Source: Escherichia phage mutPK1A2. Taken from it: 44,784 nucleotides of DNA. How positions within the stretch are numbered: position 1 is the first letter of the stretch; each line of letters opens with the position of its first letter. The notes below the pieces were generated by a model that searched no databases, was not told the origin of the DNA, and was given only the letters and a program-made list of their open reading frames with translations. Positions 36,796-44,784 of this stretch are shown here, piece by piece. The stretch lies in sequence record NC_047889.1; one strand, 5' to 3'. The position numbers and the translations under genes are program-made.

Positions 36796-38693
36796 TGGCT
36801 AAGGCAAGAGAATCACAAGCAGAGGCTCTTGCCAGATGGGAGATGCTACAGGAATTACAGCAGACCTTTCCTTACACAGCGGAAGGTTTGCTTCTCTTTG
36901 CAGATACAGTTATTCATAACTTGATTGCAGGCAAACCTCATCTGATTCGTATGCAGGCCGATATTTTAAAGTTTCTATTCTATGGACATAAATATCGCCT
37001 CATCGAAGCGCCCCGTGGCATCGCTAAAACTACACTATCAGCAATCTATACTGTTTTCCGTATCATCCATGAACCCCATAAGCGTATCATGGTAGTGTCC
37101 CAAAACGCCAAGCGAGCAGAGGAAATTGCAGGTTGGGTAGTGAAAATCTTCCGTGGCCTAGACTTCCTTGAGTTTATGCTACCGGACATATACGCTGGCG
37201 ACCGTGCATCAGTCAAAGCATTTGAGATTCACTACACGTTACGCGGCAGCGATAAGTCACCTTCTGTATCCTGTTACTCTATCGAAGCAGGTATGCAGGG
37301 TGCTCGTGCTGATATTATTCTAGCAGATGACGTAGAATCGATGCAGAATGCTCGTACAGCAGCAGGCCGCGCCTTGCTTGAGGAGTTGACCAAGGAGTTT
37401 GAATCTATTAACCAATTTGGTGACATCATCTACCTTGGGACGCCTCAGAACGTAAACTCTATCTACAATAACTTACCTGCTCGTGGTTACTCGGTTCGTA
37501 TCTGGACCGCACGTTATCCTTCAGTAGAGCAAGAGCAATGTTATGGTGACTTCCTTGCACCTATGATTGTGCAGGATATGAAAGACAACCCAGCACTTCG
37601 CTCTGGTTATGGGTTAGACGGTAACAGTGGTGCACCTTGCGCACCTGAAATGTACGATGATGAAGTGCTGATTGAGAAGGAAATCTCTCAGGGTGCGGCT
37701 AAGTTCCAGCTTCAGTTTATGCTTAATACTCGCATGATGGATGCTGACCGCTATCCGCTACGCCTGAATAACCTCATCTTCACTTCATTCGGTACAGAGG
37801 AAGTCCCTGTGATGCCTACATGGAGCAACGACTCTATTAACATCATTGGCGATGCACCGAAGTATGGCAATAAGCATACAGACTTTATGTATCGCCCTGT
37901 GGCCCGACCTTATGAGTGGGGTGCTGTTACCCGCAAGATTATGTATATTGACCCCGCAGGTGGCGGTAAGAACGGGGATGAAACTGGTGTGGCTATCGTC
38001 TTCCTGCACGGCACATTCATTTATGTGTATCAGTGCTTTGGTGTGCCGGGAGGATACCGCGAATCGTCCCTGAATCGCATTGTGCAGGCCGCAAAGCAGG
38101 CAGGTGTTAAAGAGGTATTCATTGAAAAGAACTTTGGTCATGGCGCGTTTGAGGCCGTTATAAAGCCATACTTTGAACGAGAGTGGCCTGTGACTCTGGA
38201 GGAAGATTACGCCACCGGACAGAAAGAGTTGCGTATCATTGAAACACTAGAGCCACTAATGGCGGCCCACAGGCTCATCTTCAACGCAGAGATGGTCAAG
38301 TCTGATTTTGAGTCGGTACAGCACTATCCGCTTGAACTACGCATGTCATACAGCCTTTTCAATCAAATGTCGAACATCACGATTGAGAAGAACAGCCTAC
38401 GACACGATGACCGCTTAGACGCTCTGTATGGCGCTATACGGCAATTAACTTCTCAGATAGACTATGACGAGGTTACACGGATTAATCGCCTCAGAGCGCA
38501 GGAGATGCGCGATTACATCCATGCTATGAACACACCTCACCTCCGTAGGGCAATGCTCTATGGAGATTATGGCACTGAGCGAAGAGTAACCAACACTTCC
38601 GTGGCTATGCAGCAAAGAGTATACGGTCAGAATTACAGGAGTAAATCGGCAAGCAGAAATACACTTTCTGCAAGGATTTCAAGGACTTATTAA
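36795..38693 (+). CDS. Terminase large subunit
   Basis: 633 aa; Walker A-like APRGIAKTT; size and position typical of T7 gp19. Confidence 0.85.
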   Translation: MAKARESQAEALARWEMLQELQQTFPYTAEGLLLFADTVIHNLIAGKPHLIRMQADILKFLFYGHKYRLIEAPRGIAKTTLSAIYTVFRIIHEPHKRIMVVSQNAKRAEEIAGWVVKIFRGLDFLEFMLPDIYAGDRASVKAFEIHYTLRGSDKSPSVSCYSIEAGMQGARADIILADDVESMQNARTAAGRALLEELTKEFESINQFGDIIYLGTPQNVNSIYNNLPARGYSVRIWTARYPSVEQEQCYGDFLAPMIVQDMKDNPALRSGYGLDGNSGAPCAPEMYDDEVLIEKEISQGAAKFQLQFMLNTRMMDADRYPLRLNNLIFTSFGTEEVPVMPTWSNDSINIIGDAPKYGNKHTDFMYRPVARPYEWGAVTRKIMYIDPAGGGKNGDETGVAIVFLHGTFIYVYQCFGVPGGYRESSLNRIVQAAKQAGVKEVFIEKNFGHGAFEAVIKPYFEREWPVTLEEDYATGQKELRIIETLEPLMAAHRLIFNAEMVKSDFESVQHYPLELRMSYSLFNQMSNITIEKNSLRHDDRLDALYGAIRQLTSQIDYDEVTRINRLRAQEMRDYIHAMNTPHLRRAMLYGDYGTERRVTNTSVAMQQRVYGQNYRSKSASRNTLSARISRTY

Positions 38694-38714
38694 TTACCGG
38701 ACACTATAGAAGGA
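38692..38714 (+). promoter_or_regulatory. Phage promoter AATTACCGGACACTATAGAAGGA
   Basis: Consensus core immediately after the terminase stop; followed by an AT-rich TAGGT-repeat leader and hairpin GGGTGTAC-TCCT-GTACACCC. Confidence 0.7.
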
Positions 38715-38845
38715 AGGCCCAGATAATAAGAGAAATAACAAGGATAATATAGGTTAACCTAGGTTATATAGGTATTCCTTAGTATGGGTGTACTCCTGTA
38801 CACCCTATTCCTTACTTCCTTACTATATTAACTATAATAGGAGAT

Positions 38846-39127
38846 ATGATGGCTAATGAGTACAGCAATCAGCCTTTAACAGGCCGATATGACAGAAAAC
38901 AAGTACAACCAGTTAGTGAACACTTAATGGTCCCAAGTGTTAACACTAATATTGATCTATACAACCCAGCAAAACAGGCTAGTGTTATTAATGATACCAC
39001 AAAGTCCGGTAAGCAACTCGGAGCTATGCTTGTAACAGAAATGGGTGTCCTGATGCTAGCCCGTGGAGGTGAACCCACAAGCAAGTGGGACCAGACAAAG
39101 ACATCAGAGATTATTGTTCCAGCCTAA
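38846..39127 (+). CDS. Paralog family member 1 (93 aa), unknown function
   Basis: RBS AGGAG; shares the motif SGKQ-x-GAM-V...L..AR...P.S.WD with the next ORF. Confidence 0.6.
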   Translation: MMANEYSNQPLTGRYDRKQVQPVSEHLMVPSVNTNIDLYNPAKQASVINDTTKSGKQLGAMLVTEMGVLMLARGGEPTSKWDQTKTSEIIVPA

Positions 39128-39143
39128 TAAGAGGAGAAAAGAT

Positions 39144-39431
39144 ATGCCTAAGTATGGAGATGCAAACACTGTAACAGGTCAGTCCTTCCGTGTTAAAGAT
39201 GTTCAAACTATTGCAACTGCACTGCCATTGCCTGTGGTAGCAGAGGCAGACCTTAAATCTAAAGCACACCCAATTAACATCCACCATCTTTCGGGTAAAC
39301 AAAAAGGAGCCATGGTTGCGGTACAGAAAGCAGAGGGATCGCTATATATCGCTGTAGCACGAGATGCACTACCTGAATCTCCGTGGGATGCCACTACAAT
39401 GGAAGGTACCGCTGTTACGCCAGCGGGGTAA
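39144..39431 (+). CDS. Paralog family member 2 (95 aa), unknown function
   Basis: ATG 39144 with RBS AGGAG; contains HLSGKQKGAMVAVQKAEGSLYIAVARDALPESPWD. Confidence 0.6.
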   Translation: MPKYGDANTVTGQSFRVKDVQTIATALPLPVVAEADLKSKAHPINIHHLSGKQKGAMVAVQKAEGSLYIAVARDALPESPWDATTMEGTAVTPAG

Positions 39432-39438
39432 TATTATC

Positions 39439-40116
39439 ATGTTAGGTATTACAGGACAACGAAGTTTAAGTCATCAATCAAAGGTTGCCACGGAAGTGGC
39501 TCCTATTGTTGATATCTCAGAGGTGTCTGACGTTAACTCTTATCTAAACCAAAAGCACCTATCAGGTAAACAGGAAGACTATACTGTTCTGGCTAAGAAA
39601 GGTTCACGTTATTCATTGTATGCTGCAACAGGTTCTAAGCCAGAAGATAAGTGGTTGCCTTTAGAGCAAGCAACCCTACCTGATTCGAGTGCGTTAGATC
39701 TAATTGACACCATCGATGTTGAAGTTGCAAGTGCAAGCGACACAGTAGAGGTTAATGTAACCAAAGAGGGGACTGTGTGCATCCAGACGCCTATGAAGGG
39801 CTTAGCAGGTGATACAGTTTACCGGCAAGAATTGACTGCCAATATTAACCTTACCATTAATGAAAACGGAAGCCAAAGCGATACGGTTAAATTAAACATA
39901 TCAATTCCTAATTTGCCAGGAACATCTAGTGGTTCTTACTATACAGTTGACAATGTGCTGTGTACTTCTTTTGGAGACGACAGTCCTGTTATTGCCAATA
40001 TAGATGTCGATAAGGCTACCACTAACTTGATTGCTGTTACACTTCGTAAAGAGACGGCAACAGACATTAAGCTGTCTCTTGTAATTAGGTGGTCAATGCC
40101 AGTGGAGGTTGTATAA
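39439..40116 (+). CDS. Paralog family member 3 (225 aa; paralogous N-domain plus C-terminal extension)
   Basis: ATG 39439 (track start 39364 overlaps the upstream gene); N-terminal region has the same TGQ...HLSGKQ...WLP architecture. Confidence 0.55.
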   Translation: MLGITGQRSLSHQSKVATEVAPIVDISEVSDVNSYLNQKHLSGKQEDYTVLAKKGSRYSLYAATGSKPEDKWLPLEQATLPDSSALDLIDTIDVEVASASDTVEVNVTKEGTVCIQTPMKGLAGDTVYRQELTANINLTINENGSQSDTVKLNISIPNLPGTSSGSYYTVDNVLCTSFGDDSPVIANIDVDKATTNLIAVTLRKETATDIKLSLVIRWSMPVEVV

Positions 40117-40460
40117 TGCTTAACAAGTACTTCAAGCGTAAAGAGTTTGCTTGCCGTTGTGGGTGCGGTACATCCACTGTTGATGCTGAGTTATTACAGG
40201 TAGTCACAGATGTACGTGAGCACTTTGGTGCTCCTGTAGTTATTACTTCTGGACACCGCTGTGCTAAGCACAATGCTAATGTGGGAGGTGCTAAGAACTC
40301 CATGCATCTTACTGGTAAGGCTGCTGACATTAAGGTACAAGGTACTACACCTTACCGTGTATGGTCCTATCTAACAGCACGCTACCCCAATAAATATGGC
40401 ATTGGGTCTTATTCTAATTTCACCCACATTGATGTAAGAGAGGGATGTGCACGATGGTAA
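40116..40460 (+). CDS. Endolysin, M15-family zinc peptidase
   Basis: 114 aa from ATG 40116 (RBS GGAGGT); the FKRKEFACRCGCG...SGHRC...H...D pattern is characteristic of M15 peptidase endolysins. Confidence 0.75.
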   Translation: MLNKYFKRKEFACRCGCGTSTVDAELLQVVTDVREHFGAPVVITSGHRCAKHNANVGGAKNSMHLTGKAADIKVQGTTPYRVWSYLTARYPNKYGIGSYSNFTHIDVREGCARW

Positions 40461-40585
40461 GATGTATTGAATGGTGCGAGCGCAGGGTTGCTCAAGCTGC
40501 CGAGGATGGCAACTATGATGACTGGAAGAACTACTCTGACTTGTTAGCTCAATGGAAAAGGAGATGCAATGAAAAAGCTGTTTAA
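40454..40585 (+). CDS. Small hydrophilic ORF (43 aa)
   Basis: ATG overlapping the endolysin end; weak SD; short. Confidence 0.25.
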   Translation: MVRCIEWCERRVAQAAEDGNYDDWKNYSDLLAQWKRRCNEKAV

Positions 40586-40718
40586 GTCTAAGAAAGTGGT
40601 AGGTGCACTGGTTGCACTGGTGATTGCTCTTGTTTCTGTAGGTCTTGGCGTAGACCTAGGTGAAGGTACGGAAGGCTCCGTCACCGACGTGGTATGCCAA
40701 GTAATCACCTGTGAATAA
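40569..40718 (+). CDS. Small membrane protein (49 aa, one TM helix), lysis-associated candidate
   Basis: Strong RBS AAAAGGAG; MKKLFKSKK then hydrophobic VVGALVALVIALVSVGLGV then acidic tail; lies in the lysis cassette. Confidence 0.4.
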   Translation: MKKLFKSKKVVGALVALVIALVSVGLGVDLGEGTEGSVTDVVCQVITCE

Positions 40719-40932
40719 GGTGCTAGAGGTGGTAGTAGGTCTTATTGGCCTGCTGCTTGCCGCTAAGAAGAAGAAGGAAGAGAAGGAGGCACAAAGTGAG
40801 GCGAATCATGCTAGCGACAATCCTGCTGATTGGTTCGCTGATCACTTCAGGGTGTCAGACGGCGTTACCAGAGAATCCAAAGGTGAAGCCTCTGAAGCCG
40901 ACGCTTACGGCAGTCTACGAGGTGGACGATAA
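40711..40932 (+). CDS. Small TM protein ORF, i-spanin-like candidate (start uncertain, GTG 40711/40729)
   Basis: Hydrophobic N-terminus VVGLIGLLLAA then a charged region; a lipoprotein ORF is embedded in another frame, as in Rz/Rz1 pairs; short for an i-spanin. Confidence 0.3.
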   Translation: MNKVLEVVVGLIGLLLAAKKKKEEKEAQSEANHASDNPADWFADHFRVSDGVTRESKGEASEADAYGSLRGGR

Positions 40933-41005
40933 AGTCTGTTTCAGTAAGCCTGACGCTACAAAATTAGGTCTGTATATTCTCTCGCTAGAACGCGGGTATA
41001 ATTAA
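40808..41005 (+). CDS. Putative o-spanin-like outer-membrane lipoprotein (Rz1-like)
   Basis: ATG 40808 with GAGG upstream; MLATILLIGSLITSGC has a lipobox-like TSGC; Pro-rich mature region; overlaps the previous ORF out of frame. Confidence 0.4.
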   Translation: MLATILLIGSLITSGCQTALPENPKVKPLKPTLTAVYEVDDKVCFSKPDATKLGLYILSLERGYN

Positions 41006-41034
41006 TACATAATTTTATGTATCAGTGTCTTACG

Positions 41035-41057
41035 ATTTACTGGACACTATAGAAGAG
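41035..41057 (+). promoter_or_regulatory. Phage promoter ATTTACTGGACACTATAGAAGAG (tailspike promoter)
   Basis: Exact consensus upstream of the tailspike region. Confidence 0.75.
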
Positions 41058-41135
41058 ATAAGATAGGCCGTTCTTTTGAGCGGCCTATTACTAGCCAATC
41101 TTCATAGGGAGGGTTGGGACGTAATAGGAGAGTAT

Positions 41136-41276
41136 ATGGCTAAGTTAACTAAACCCAAGACAACGGGCTTACTACATAGAGATACTGTACTAGCTACCTT
41201 ATTAGATAATTTACTATCTAAAAGGCGTGTTACATTTGAAGGTGTAGTTCCAAGTGAAGATACTAAATTGAGATAG
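41136..41276 (+). pseudogene. Short ORF (46 aa), possible N-terminal remnant of a lost second tailspike gene
   Basis: Good RBS (AGGAGAG) right after a strong promoter but only 46 codons (MAKLTKPKTTGLLHRDTV...), followed by about 260 bp of non-coding DNA; in related two-tailspike phages a full tailspike gene sits here. Confidence 0.4.
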
Positions 41277-41537
41277 AAGTACCTGCAACAGGAGATTTAG
41301 ATTCTTCGTGGGCATCACTTGTATCATTAAGTACACCTACACTTTGTACAGCTTGGATTACTAAAGTGTCAGATACTAGATTAGAAGTACATGTGTTCCA
41401 TACAGCACAAGTTGAAATAGACATAGATGTAGATGTTTACATTCTAGGTAAACACATTGTCAGTGCGTAAGCACTGCTTTTCGCGCAACTTTTCTTAAAG
41501 GTTATCATGATGGTAGCCTTTCAGAAAAGGAGGTTAC

Positions 41538-43973
41538 ATGATTCAAAGACTAAGTTCTTCATTAGTTAAATTCAAGAGTAAAATAGCAGGTGCAATCTGG
41601 CGTAACTTGGATGACAAGCTCACCGAGGTTGTATCGCTTAAAGATTTTGGAGCCAAAGGTGATGGTAAGACAAACGACCAAGATGCAGTAAATGCAGCGA
41701 TGGCTTCAGGTAAGAGAATTGACGGTGCTGGTGCTACTTACAAAGTATCATCTTTACCTGATATGGAGCGATTCTATAACACCCGCTTCGTATGGGAACG
41801 TTTATCAGGTCAACCTCTTTACTATGTGAGTAAAGGTTTTATCAATGGTGAACTCTATAAAATCACGGATAACCCTTATTACAATGCTTGGCCTCAAGAC
41901 AAAGCGTTTGTATATGAGAACGTGATATATGCACCTTACATGGGTAGCGACCGTCATGGTGTTAGTCGTCTGCATGTATCATGGGTTAAGTCTGGTGACG
42001 ATGGTCAAACATGGTCTACACCAGAGTGGTTAACTGATCTGCATCCAGATTACCCTACAGTGAACTATCATTGTATGAGCATGGGTGTATGTCGCAACCG
42101 TCTGTTTGCCATGATTGAAACACGTACTTTAGCCAAGAACGCACTAACCAATTGTGCATTGTGGGATCGCCCTATGTCTCGTAGTCTGCATCTTACGGGT
42201 GGTATCACTAAGGCTGCAAATCAGCGATATGCAACAATACATGTACCAGATCACGGACTATTCGTGGGCGATTTTGTTAACTTCTCTAATTCTGCGGTAA
42301 CAGGTGTATCAGGTGATATGACTGTTGCAACGGTAATAGATAAGGACAACTTCACGGTTCTTACACCTAACCAGCAGACTTCAGATTTGAATAACGCTGG
42401 AAAGAATTGGCACATGGGTACTTCTTTCCATAAGTCTCCGTGGCGTAAGACAGATCTTGGTCTAATCCCTCATGTCACAGAGGTGCATAGCTTTGCTACT
42501 ATTGATAACAATGGCTTTGTTATGGGCTATCATCAAGGTGATGTAGCTCCACGAGAAGTTGGGCTTTTCTACTTCCCTGATGCTTTCAATAGCCCATCTA
42601 ATTATGTTCGTCGTCAGATACCATCTGAGTATGAACCAGATGCGGCAGAGCCATGCATCAAGTACTATGACGGTGTATTATACCTTATCACTCGTGGTAC
42701 TCGTGGCGACCGACTAGGAAGCTCTCTGCATCGTAGTAGAGATATAGGTCAGACTTGGGAGTCACTAAGATTTCCACATAATGTGTATCATACTACTTTA
42801 CCGTTTGCTAAGGTAGGAGATGACCTTATTATGTTTGGTTCAGAACGTGCAGAAAATGAATGGGAAGCAGGTGCACCAGATGATCGTTACAAGGCATCTT
42901 ATCCTCGTACCTTCTATGCACGATTGAATGTAAACAATTGGAATGCAGCTGATATTGAATGGGTTAACATCACAGACCAAATCTATCAGGGTGACATTGT
43001 GGACTCTAGTGTAGGTGTAGGTTCGGTAGTAGTTAAAGACAGCTACATTTACTATATCTTTGGTGGCGAAAACCATTTCAACCCAATGACTTATGGTGAC
43101 AACAGAGATAAAGACCCATTTAAAGGTCATGGACACCCTACTGATATATACTGCTATAAGATGCAGATTGCAAATGACAGTCGTGTATCTCGTAAGTTTA
43201 CATATGGTGCAACTCCCGGACAGGCTATACCTACCTTCATGGGTACTGATGGTATTCGTACTATTCCTGCTCCACTTCACTTATCAGGAGAGGTAGTTGC
43301 CGCAGATATGACTGTCGAACATCTTACCCTGAAGGCAAGTACAAGTGCTAATATTCGCTCAGAGATGCTGATGGAAGGTGAATATGGGTTCATTGGTAAG
43401 ACTATACCAAAGGATAACCCAACTGCCCAACGTGTCATCATCTCTGGTGGAGGGGGTACAGCAGCAGATACCGGTGCGCAAATTACCTTACATGGAGCAG
43501 GTTCTAGTACTTCTAGACGCGCAGTATATAATGCCAATGAGCACTTGTTCCAAAGCGGGGCTATCATGCCCTACAATGATAACGTGTATCCTGCTGGCGG
43601 CCCTCGTAATAGATTCACTACTATCCATCTTACAAGTGACCCTATTATTACGTCTGATGCCACTCATAAGTATGGATCACAAGGTATTGATGAGAGTGTA
43701 CTAAAGGCATGGGGTAAGGTTAGCTTCAAGCAGTACAAGTTGATTGGTGAGATGTCTCGTGGTGTGCACCACACTCACTTTGGTGTATTGGCACAAGACA
43801 TTGTAGCTGCTTTTGCATCCGAAGGGTTAGATGCAATCGACTTCGGCATTGTCTCCTTCGAAGAAGGTCAGTTTGGTGTTAGATATAGTGAAATCTTAAT
43901 CTTGGAGGCTGCTTATACTCGTTATCGTTTAGATAAGTTAGAGGAGATGTATGCCACTAATAAAATCAGTTAA
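41538..43973 (+). CDS. Tailspike endosialidase (endo-N-acetylneuraminidase) with C-terminal chaperone-like end
   Basis: 811 aa; sialidase Asp-boxes SGDDGQTW and SRDIGQTW; overall sequence recognised as K1-phage endosialidase; RBS AAAAGGAGGT. Confidence 0.9.
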   Translation: MIQRLSSSLVKFKSKIAGAIWRNLDDKLTEVVSLKDFGAKGDGKTNDQDAVNAAMASGKRIDGAGATYKVSSLPDMERFYNTRFVWERLSGQPLYYVSKGFINGELYKITDNPYYNAWPQDKAFVYENVIYAPYMGSDRHGVSRLHVSWVKSGDDGQTWSTPEWLTDLHPDYPTVNYHCMSMGVCRNRLFAMIETRTLAKNALTNCALWDRPMSRSLHLTGGITKAANQRYATIHVPDHGLFVGDFVNFSNSAVTGVSGDMTVATVIDKDNFTVLTPNQQTSDLNNAGKNWHMGTSFHKSPWRKTDLGLIPHVTEVHSFATIDNNGFVMGYHQGDVAPREVGLFYFPDAFNSPSNYVRRQIPSEYEPDAAEPCIKYYDGVLYLITRGTRGDRLGSSLHRSRDIGQTWESLRFPHNVYHTTLPFAKVGDDLIMFGSERAENEWEAGAPDDRYKASYPRTFYARLNVNNWNAADIEWVNITDQIYQGDIVDSSVGVGSVVVKDSYIYYIFGGENHFNPMTYGDNRDKDPFKGHGHPTDIYCYKMQIANDSRVSRKFTYGATPGQAIPTFMGTDGIRTIPAPLHLSGEVVAADMTVEHLTLKASTSANIRSEMLMEGEYGFIGKTIPKDNPTAQRVIISGGGGTAADTGAQITLHGAGSSTSRRAVYNANEHLFQSGAIMPYNDNVYPAGGPRNRFTTIHLTSDPIITSDATHKYGSQGIDESVLKAWGKVSFKQYKLIGEMSRGVHHTHFGVLAQDIVAAFASEGLDAIDFGIVSFEEGQFGVRYSEILILEAAYTRYRLDKLEEMYATNKIS

Positions 43974-44106
43974 GCAAGCTGCTGTACTCCAGAATACAGA
44001 AGAACTTATTCAATCAGGACGTGACCCTAAGCAGGCATACGCCATTGCCAAGGATGTACAACGTAGAGCATTGAGTAAGCCCTCTGCATCGTCTGCGAAG
44101 CAGTAA
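43951..44106 (+). CDS. Hypothetical small protein (51 aa)
   Basis: ATG with GAGGAG upstream, overlapping the tailspike 3' end. Confidence 0.3.
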   Translation: MPLIKSVKQAAVLQNTEELIQSGRDPKQAYAIAKDVQRRALSKPSASSAKQ

Positions 44107-44166
44107 CACTTAGTCTACACAAGGGCTGGTTTAGGTTGGCCCTTAGTGCAACCCAAAGGAGGTTTG

Positions 44167-44322
44167 ATGATTTGGATTCATACTTATGGAGTCGGCCCAT
44201 TCAAACGTAAGGTACTCAGGAAGATACATGACACTGAAGAGTCTGCACTGGCTAGCCAGAAGGTTCTTGGTGGAACTGTACAGGCTTACCTGAAGCAACC
44301 CAAGGGATTCTACTTAGTGTAA
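44167..44322 (+). CDS. Hypothetical small protein (51 aa)
   Basis: Strong RBS AAAGGAGGT before ATG. Confidence 0.4.
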   Translation: MIWIHTYGVGPFKRKVLRKIHDTEESALASQKVLGGTVQAYLKQPKGFYLV

Positions 44323-44337
44323 TCAAATGGAGATAAC

Positions 44338-44433
44338 ATGTTAGTAGGCTTAATTAGTTTTATCTTAGGTGTATGCGTAGGTTTCTGTATTATGCCTGTA
44401 GCAATAGCTTGTGCACTTAAGGCTGAGGTATAG
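44338..44433 (+). CDS. Small hydrophobic peptide (31 aa)
   Basis: RBS GGAG; MLVGLISFILGVCVGFCIMPVAIACALKAEV is a single TM segment; short, tentative. Confidence 0.25.
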   Translation: MLVGLISFILGVCVGFCIMPVAIACALKAEV

Positions 44434-44497
44434 GTGACCTTAGTCTTGTACAAGGATCAATCAAAGTCAAAATTTTGATATAGGCGTGTGTCAGCTC

Positions 44498-44784
44498 TCT
44501 CGCCCTCGCCCTCGCCGGACTTTCCCCATATGGGGTCGCGCTGCGGTTGGCTTGGGAATTGGGCTAGGCTGGGCCGTCTTCAACCTGCTGCCGCAGGAAG
44601 CTCGACGGGCTGGCTGAGGTTTGCCTTGTACTCGCTTAGTGGTACACAAGGAGAACGCCTAGGAAGCGCTAGGGCACGCCTTAGTATTGGACAAGGTGAT
44701 TGCCTTAGTGCATCCGCTTAGGGCTTACACGGGCCGTTTTAGGGCCATTCCTGAGCGTTTGACAGGGTGTGTTGGTGTGGGCTA
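44498..44784. repeat. Right direct terminal repeat (DTR)
   Basis: Same sequence as 1..287; T7-like genomes carry terminal redundancy used in concatemer formation and packaging. Confidence 0.9.

Noticed and set aside
2142-44784. All minus-strand ORFs in the track (e.g. 2864..3397, 20463..20996, 23593..24510, 42840..43280)
   Set aside because: Each lies antisense within a well-supported plus-strand gene, lacks an RBS, and several are artefacts of Ala/Ser-rich codon runs; T7-like genomes are transcribed from one strand only.
1-44784. Search for lysogeny functions, tRNA genes and CRISPR arrays
   Set aside because: No integrase, repressor or excisionase-like ORF, no cloverleaf-like tRNA candidate and no spaced direct-repeat array were seen; the genome reads as strictly virulent. 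Absence is by eye only.

Overview
The window reads as a complete, linear genome of a virulent T7-supergroup podovirus of the SP6-like type, bounded by identical direct terminal repeats (1..287 and 44498..44784, window-limited). All credible genes are on the + strand in T7-like order: an early region with an Ocr-like anti-restriction protein, a single-subunit RNA polymerase that I recognise as SP6-type, a replication and nucleotide-metabolism module (primase/helicase, family A DNA polymerase, 5'-3' exonuclease, endonuclease VII-like resolvase, metallophosphoesterase, gp1.7-like nucleotide kinase, ATP-dependent ligase, GNAT acetyltransferase), a structural module (portal, scaffold, major capsid, tail tubular A/B, three internal virion proteins, tail adaptor), a holin, the terminases, a lysis cassette, and a tailspike with sialidase Asp-boxes and a C-terminal chaperone-like end (endosialidase, implying an E. 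coli K1 capsule host). About twelve phage promoters share the consensus ATTTAC(T/C)GGACACTATAGAAG. The features most worth follow-up are a 16-bp palindrome GTCTCACATGTGAGAC repeated six times, a tandem triplet of paralogous small proteins after the terminase, an HNH endonuclease split from its HTH domain between the terminase genes, a decayed second tailspike locus, and several uncharacterised early proteins next to Ocr. No tRNA, CRISPR array, integrase or repressor was seen. Family assignments are from motif reading and recall, not database searches; small-ORF start codons are my best reading of RBS context.
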